32,000 nucleotides of DNA from Acinetobacter wanghuae (GTDB lineage Bacteria; Pseudomonadota; Gammaproteobacteria; Pseudomonadales; Moraxellaceae). The stretch lies in NCBI RefSeq assembly GCF_009557235.1, contig NZ_CP045650.1, positions 750,001 to 782,000 of the forward strand, in the 5' to 3' direction. The notes beneath the pieces are model-generated. The model worked only from the letters and a program-made list of their open reading frames with translations, ran no database searches and was not told where the DNA came from. The position numbers and the translations under genes are program-made. Positions 27,531 through 32,000 of the stretch are shown piece after piece; positions within the stretch are counted from its first letter, which is position 1; every line of letters starts with the position of its first letter.

Positions 27531-28724
27531 ATGAGTGTTAAAAGCCAAATCAAAATTCCTGCAACTTATATGCGTGGTGGGACCAGTAAAGGCGTATTTT
27601 TTAAACGTGATGATTTGCCACTTGCCGCACAGCAGCCGGGAACCATTAGAGATCAAATTTTACTGCGTGTTATCGGGAGTCCAGACCCTTATGCTAAACA
27701 AATTGATGGCATGGGTGGAGCAAGCTCAAGTACTAGTAAAACCGTAATTATTACCAAATCTGAACGTCACGATCACGATGTAGATTATTTATTTGGACAA
27801 GTCGCGATCGATCGACCTTTTGTCGATTGGAGCGGAAACTGTGGCAATCTCACCGCCGCCGTCGGTTCTTTTGCCATTCGTAATGGGTTAGTTGATGACA
27901 AGCGTATTCCTGAAAATGGTTTATGTACGGTACGCATTTGGCAAGCCAATATTGAAAAAACCATTATTGCACATGTGCCTATTTCTAACGGACAGGTGCA
28001 AGAATTGGGAGAGTTTGAGCTCGATGGTGTGACCTTTCCTGCAGCAGAAGTAAAAATTGAATTTCTTGATCCTGCCGAAGATGATGCGGATGGCGGCTCA
28101 ATGTTTCCGACAGGCAATGTCACAGATTTGTTAGATGTGCCTGATTTCGGTACTTTTGAAGTGACCATGATCAATGCCGGGATTCCAACAGTGTTTCTGA
28201 AAGCATCAGATTTGGGTTATGACGGTAGAGAATTGCAAGATGCAATTAATAGTGATGCTAAAGCTTTACAGAAATTTGAAACCATTCGTGCTCATGCTGC
28301 ACAAAAGATGGGTTTAATTCAAACCCTTTCTGAAGCCGAAACACGCCAACATACGCCAAAGATTGCTTTTGTGGCGGAACCTAAAAGCTATACCTCTTCA
28401 AGTGGTAAAAATATTGCTGCAACAGAAATTGATGTATCTGTACGTGCTTTATCAATGGGGAAATTACATCATGCCATGATGGGAACGGCAGCAGTGGCGA
28501 TTGGTACAGCTGCAGCTATTCCGGGCACTTTGGTGAATTTGGCTGCAGGTGGAGGGTCACGTGAATCGGTACGTTTTGGGCATCCATCAGGCACACTGAC
28601 GGTAGGCGCACAAGCAGAACAAATTAATGGTGAATGGACGGTAAAAAAAGCCATCATGAGCCGCAGTGCTCGGGTATTAATGGAAGGTTGGGTGCACGTT
28701 CCTGAAGATGTATTAAGCGCTTAA
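27531..28724 (+). CDS. PrpF / AcnD-accessory family isomerase (2-methylaconitate isomerase-like)
   Basis: The N-terminus IKIPATYMRGGTSKGVFF is the hallmark of the PrpF family. About 397 aa, which is typical. No prpBC/acnD genes are adjacent, so the substrate is uncertain. Confidence 0.87.
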   Translation: MSVKSQIKIPATYMRGGTSKGVFFKRDDLPLAAQQPGTIRDQILLRVIGSPDPYAKQIDGMGGASSSTSKTVIITKSERHDHDVDYLFGQVAIDRPFVDWSGNCGNLTAAVGSFAIRNGLVDDKRIPENGLCTVRIWQANIEKTIIAHVPISNGQVQELGEFELDGVTFPAAEVKIEFLDPAEDDADGGSMFPTGNVTDLLDVPDFGTFEVTMINAGIPTVFLKASDLGYDGRELQDAINSDAKALQKFETIRAHAAQKMGLIQTLSEAETRQHTPKIAFVAEPKSYTSSSGKNIAATEIDVSVRALSMGKLHHAMMGTAAVAIGTAAAIPGTLVNLAAGGGSRESVRFGHPSGTLTVGAQAEQINGEWTVKKAIMSRSARVLMEGWVHVPEDVLSA

Positions 28725-28764
28725 TGGTTAAGATTGATCGTTATAAATATTTTTAATTCATCAG

Positions 28765-28792
28765 AACCGTTGCAGATGCAGCGGTTTTTTTA
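28765..28792 (+). terminator. Terminator after the prpF-family gene
   Basis: Hairpin ccgttgca / tgcagcgg followed by ttttttt. Confidence 0.6.
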
Positions 28793-28915
28793 TATGTCGC
28801 CAAGGTTCTGTTTGAAACATCGGCTGAAATAGATTTATTGCTGAAAATACGCGTCAAAACTAGGTACAATGTCGCGCAACCGAAACAAGTTTCCTGAACT
28901 TGTGATCTTTATACA

Positions 28916-29848
28916 TTGGACAACGTATTCGAGGCGAATGTGTCATCTACTCCTGATCTGTCAACTCATCCATTGACGCAAGCACAACATCGTATTCATC
29001 AAGATTTACTGACAGCATTAGATGCCTTTGCCATTCCTGAACCATTAAAGTCTGCTGTACATCATGCGGTGATGCTGGGTGGTAAACGTGTTCGTCCAGC
29101 ACTTTGTTATGCCACAGCGGCACTTAAGCCCAATCAAAATACTGCGGCTGTGCGTCGTGCTGCAGTGGCCATTGAGTTTATACATTGTTATTCATTGGTC
29201 CATGATGATTTACCGTGTATGGACAATGATTTACTGCGCCGTGGACAACCGACCTGTCATGTCGCGTTTGGTGAAGATACGGCGTTGCTTGCTGGTGATA
29301 TTTTACAATCGATGGCATTCGAGATTTTAGGTAGTCGCTTATTTGATCAAACTTATGCAGTTGAAGCGTCGATTGTATTAAAGCAAATGCAAATTTTGGC
29401 AACGGCTTCGTCGAAAATGGTCAATGGTCAGGTCATGGATTTACAAGCAGAAGGTCAGCACATTGATCAAGCAGCCTTAGAAAAGATTCATCGCAATAAA
29501 ACAGGTGCATTGATTACCGCAGCAGTGATGATGGCAGCGGTCACGATTTTTGAAGGTACGGATATTGCCATTCCGAAATTACGTGAGTTCTCTCAAGCGA
29601 TTGGTTTAGCATTCCAAGTGCAGGATGATATTTTGGATATTATTTCTGAGACAGAAGTGTTGGGTAAAACTGCCGGTAAAGATGAACAAGTCGATAAATC
29701 AACCTATCCTGCACTCATGGGCTTAGAGGCGGCGCAGCAATATGCGCAAGCGTTACATACGCAAGCAATTGCGGCATTGACACATTTGGATGCGCATGCC
29801 GATGAATTATTGCAAATCACGCAATTTTTATTGCATCGTAAAAGCTAA
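28916..29848 (+). CDS. ispA: Farnesyl diphosphate synthase ((2E,6E)-FPP synthase)
   Basis: First Asp-rich motif LVHDDLPCMDNDLLRRG, second FQVQDDILD, and KTGALI. The start is uncertain: TTG at 28916 in the track, or in-frame GTG at 28940. Confidence 0.9.
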   Translation: MDNVFEANVSSTPDLSTHPLTQAQHRIHQDLLTALDAFAIPEPLKSAVHHAVMLGGKRVRPALCYATAALKPNQNTAAVRRAAVAIEFIHCYSLVHDDLPCMDNDLLRRGQPTCHVAFGEDTALLAGDILQSMAFEILGSRLFDQTYAVEASIVLKQMQILATASSKMVNGQVMDLQAEGQHIDQAALEKIHRNKTGALITAAVMMAAVTIFEGTDIAIPKLREFSQAIGLAFQVQDDILDIISETEVLGKTAGKDEQVDKSTYPALMGLEAAQQYAQALHTQAIAALTHLDAHADELLQITQFLLHRKS

Positions 29849-29871
29849 GACTTCAACTTAAAATCAGACAT

Positions 29872-29902
29872 AAAAAAAGAGGACATCATGTCCTCTTTTT
29901 TA
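29872..29902. terminator. Bidirectional terminator between ispA and putP
   Basis: Stem aaaaagaggac / gtcctcttttt with flanking A-run and T-run. Confidence 0.8.
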
Positions 29903-29919
29903 ATCACGCATATTACGGA

Positions 29920-31410
29920 TTATTTACTTTCATTATATAGACGTTCTGCTTCTTCAAAACGATCAGTGACATCTTTACTTGGGGCTTTGCCCATTAAGCT
30001 AACCACAATAATTGCAATGAATGAACAGATAAAGCCGGGGATAATTTCATAAATGCCAGTTGCGGCAAATAGATTTTTCCATGCAATCACGATCACAGCA
30101 CCAACGACCATACCGGCTAAAGCACCGTTTAATGTCATGCGTTTCCACATTAAAGACAAAATAATCAGTGGACCAAATGCCGCACCGAAACCTGCCCATG
30201 CATACGCCACAAGACCGAGTACTTTAGATTCAGGATTACCCGCCATCCAAATCGCAAGAATCGAAATTAGTAATACCATCAAACGACCGATCCAAATCAA
30301 TTCTTTTTGCGAGGCATTTTTACGTAAGAATGATTTATAGAAATCTTCAGTCAGGGTACTCGAGCACACTAAAAGCTGACAGCTAAGTGTACTCATCACG
30401 GCAGCTAAAATAGCGGCAAGTACAACGCCCGCAATCCATGGATTAAACAGAATTTTAGTCAATTCCATAAACACTGTTTCAGGATTGGCATTAACAACTG
30501 CTGCCAGTTCAGGATGTTGTTGGAAATAAGCTATCCCGAAGAAACCTGCTGCAACAGCGCCGACCAAACACAGCGTCATCCATGTCATCCCAATACGACG
30601 TGCATTCGGAATTGATTTCACTGAATCTGCCGCCATGAAGCGTACCAAAATATGCGGTTGACCAAAGTAGCCTAAGCCCCATGCCAATAACGATAAAATC
30701 GCAACGAAGCTCAGATTGCCAATAAAGTCGAACGCTTGAGGACGAGCGGCTTCAAGCGCTAAAGTCACTTGCGATAAGTCGGAGAAACTTAAGATTGCGA
30801 CGATTGGAGTCAACAATAACGCGAAAATCATAAAGCCCGCTTGAATGGTATCTGTCCATGAAACAGCCAAGAAACCACCGATAAACACGTAACTGATGGT
30901 TGCAATCGCACTGATCCAAAGTGCTGTGCTATACGGCATTGCAAACATACTTTCGAATAAACGCGCGCCGGCAACCATACCTGAAGCACAATAAATCGCA
31001 AAGAATATTAAGATAATAACCGCAGACACGATACGTAAGACTTTCTTTTGATCATTAAAACGATTTGAAAAATAGTCGGGCAGGGTCAGGGCATTGTTTT
31101 GCACTTCGGTGTGGACACGTAAGCGACCTGCAACCAAAAGCCAGTTGAGCCATGCACCAATGATCAGACCAATCGCAATCCACATTTCAGATAAACCTGA
31201 AAGATAAATTGCGCCGGGTAAGCCCATTAAAAGCCAACCACTCATATCGGATGCGCCTGCAGATAATGCAGTGACAAAACTACCTAAACGGCGACCCCCT
31301 AAAATATAATCAGAAAAGTTAGTGGTGGCACGGTACGCCATCAAGCCGACGACGACCATCAGCACAATATATAAAAGAAAGGTGATTAATGTTGGATTGA
31401 GGGAGCTCAT
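29920..31410 (-). CDS. putP: Sodium/proline symporter
   Basis: Colinear with E. coli PutP as I remember it (DYILGGRRLGSFVTALSAGASDMSGWLLMGLPGA, GGFLAVSWTDTIQ, GYFGQPHILVRFMAA, MSTLSCQLLVCSS). Confidence 0.93.
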   Translation of the reverse strand: MSSLNPTLITFLLYIVLMVVVGLMAYRATTNFSDYILGGRRLGSFVTALSAGASDMSGWLLMGLPGAIYLSGLSEMWIAIGLIIGAWLNWLLVAGRLRVHTEVQNNALTLPDYFSNRFNDQKKVLRIVSAVIILIFFAIYCASGMVAGARLFESMFAMPYSTALWISAIATISYVFIGGFLAVSWTDTIQAGFMIFALLLTPIVAILSFSDLSQVTLALEAARPQAFDFIGNLSFVAILSLLAWGLGYFGQPHILVRFMAADSVKSIPNARRIGMTWMTLCLVGAVAAGFFGIAYFQQHPELAAVVNANPETVFMELTKILFNPWIAGVVLAAILAAVMSTLSCQLLVCSSTLTEDFYKSFLRKNASQKELIWIGRLMVLLISILAIWMAGNPESKVLGLVAYAWAGFGAAFGPLIILSLMWKRMTLNGALAGMVVGAVIVIAWKNLFAATGIYEIIPGFICSFIAIIVVSLMGKAPSKDVTDRFEEAERLYNESK

Positions 31411-31469
31411 ACAATATCCATTTTCGAGTTGGACTGTAAATCGAAATAAGGACTACGTTTAGACAACCA

Positions 31470-31491
31470 TGTGTAAAATCAACATTACACA
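31470..31491. promoter_or_regulatory. Perfect 7-bp inverted repeat upstream of putP (candidate operator)
   Basis: TGTGTAA-N8-TTACACA, located 60-80 nt upstream of the putP start codon. No regulator assigned. Confidence 0.25.
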
Positions 31492-31574
31492 AGCGACCCA
31501 GCCCAGAAGATTACAAAAAATTAACGCGAAATTTAACCATAAATTCGAACAAATTGCAGAGTTTTTATTGCGGG

Positions 31575-31608
31575 AAAAAACAATAGGTAGCGCGAAGGCT
31601 ACCTATTT
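31575..31608 (-). terminator. Terminator after the SPFH-domain gene
   Basis: 10-bp stem aataggtagc / gctacctatt, followed on the minus strand by gttttttcc. Confidence 0.7.
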
Positions 31609-31628
31609 GGATGAAACTTCATGCGATT

Positions 31629-32000
31629 TTATGGATTACGCCCCATGACACCACGGATGGTATTCATAATATCGGCAGGTAACACTACTGTTTTGGCATT
31701 GTTCGATTTCGCCATATCCTGCATGGCTTTTACATATTGCTCACCCAACAAGTAAGCCACAGGAATTTCTTTATCACCGACCGCAGAAGTGACCATTTCG
31801 ATGGCACGTTGCGATGATTCAGCCAAAACCACTTGTGCTTCAGCATCACGACGCGAGGCTTCCAGACGACCATCCGCTTCTAAAATAGCCGCTTGTTTTT
31901 CACCATCGGCTTTAGTCACCGTCGCACGACGTTGACGTTCAGCCGCAGCTTGTTCTTCCATTGCTGTTTGCATGGTATGTGAAGGTTTAATATCTTGGAT
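31629..32000 (-). CDS. SPFH/band-7 (stomatin/QmcA-like) protein, C-terminal part; the 5' end lies outside the window
   Basis: The frame stays open to the window edge (...IQDIKPSHTMQTAMEEQAAAERQRRATV...). The AER-rich coiled region and tail are typical of stomatin-like SPFH proteins. The Met in the track is internal. Confidence 0.85.
   Translation of the reverse strand: MQDIKPSHTMQTAMEEQAAAERQRRATVTKADGEKQAAILEADGRLEASRRDAEAQVVLAESSQRAIEMVTSAVGDKEIPVAYLLGEQYVKAMQDMAKSNNAKTVVLPADIMNTIRGVMGRNP

Noticed and set aside
28725-28915. ispA standing alone without adjacent xseB or dxs, as a possible rearrangement
   Set aside because: I cannot establish from the sequence alone that this is unusual for this lineage. 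The gene is intact, with both Asp-rich motifs and its own terminator.

Overview
This window looks like core chromosome of an Acinetobacter-like gammaproteobacterium (Moraxellaceae). The assignment rests on gene content and on protein similarity recalled from memory, for example an AtfA-type wax-ester synthase. Gene order is: marR-like regulator, sbmA, two secreted or lipoprotein hypotheticals, a quinone-oxidoreductase-like gene, gatCAB, divergent mreBCD-maf-rng, an unannotated 57-codon ORF, atfA, cysH, thrH, three tandem FadL/TodX-type outer-membrane channel paralogs, tRNA-Arg(CCT), an aroP-like permease, a PrpF-family isomerase, ispA, putP and the 3' part of an SPFH/stomatin-like gene. Most genes end in clear hairpin plus T-run terminators. 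The stand-out is a strongly AT-rich islet of about 2.9 kb (about 6022-8923) between the qor-like gene and the gatB terminator. It carries one tightly overlapping four-gene minus-strand operon (6041-8855): a small orphan protein, an Nmad2-like protein, a MazG-like NTP pyrophosphohydrolase with a large uncharacterised C-terminal region, and a UDG-superfamily glycosylase-like protein. There is no integrase, transposase, methyltransferase, nuclease or ATPase in the islet. I do not recognise this gene combination as a named system. I propose it as a candidate undescribed defence system directed at nucleotides or bases, or alternatively a DNA base-modification system. All family assignments come from motifs read by eye and need HMM or structure confirmation.
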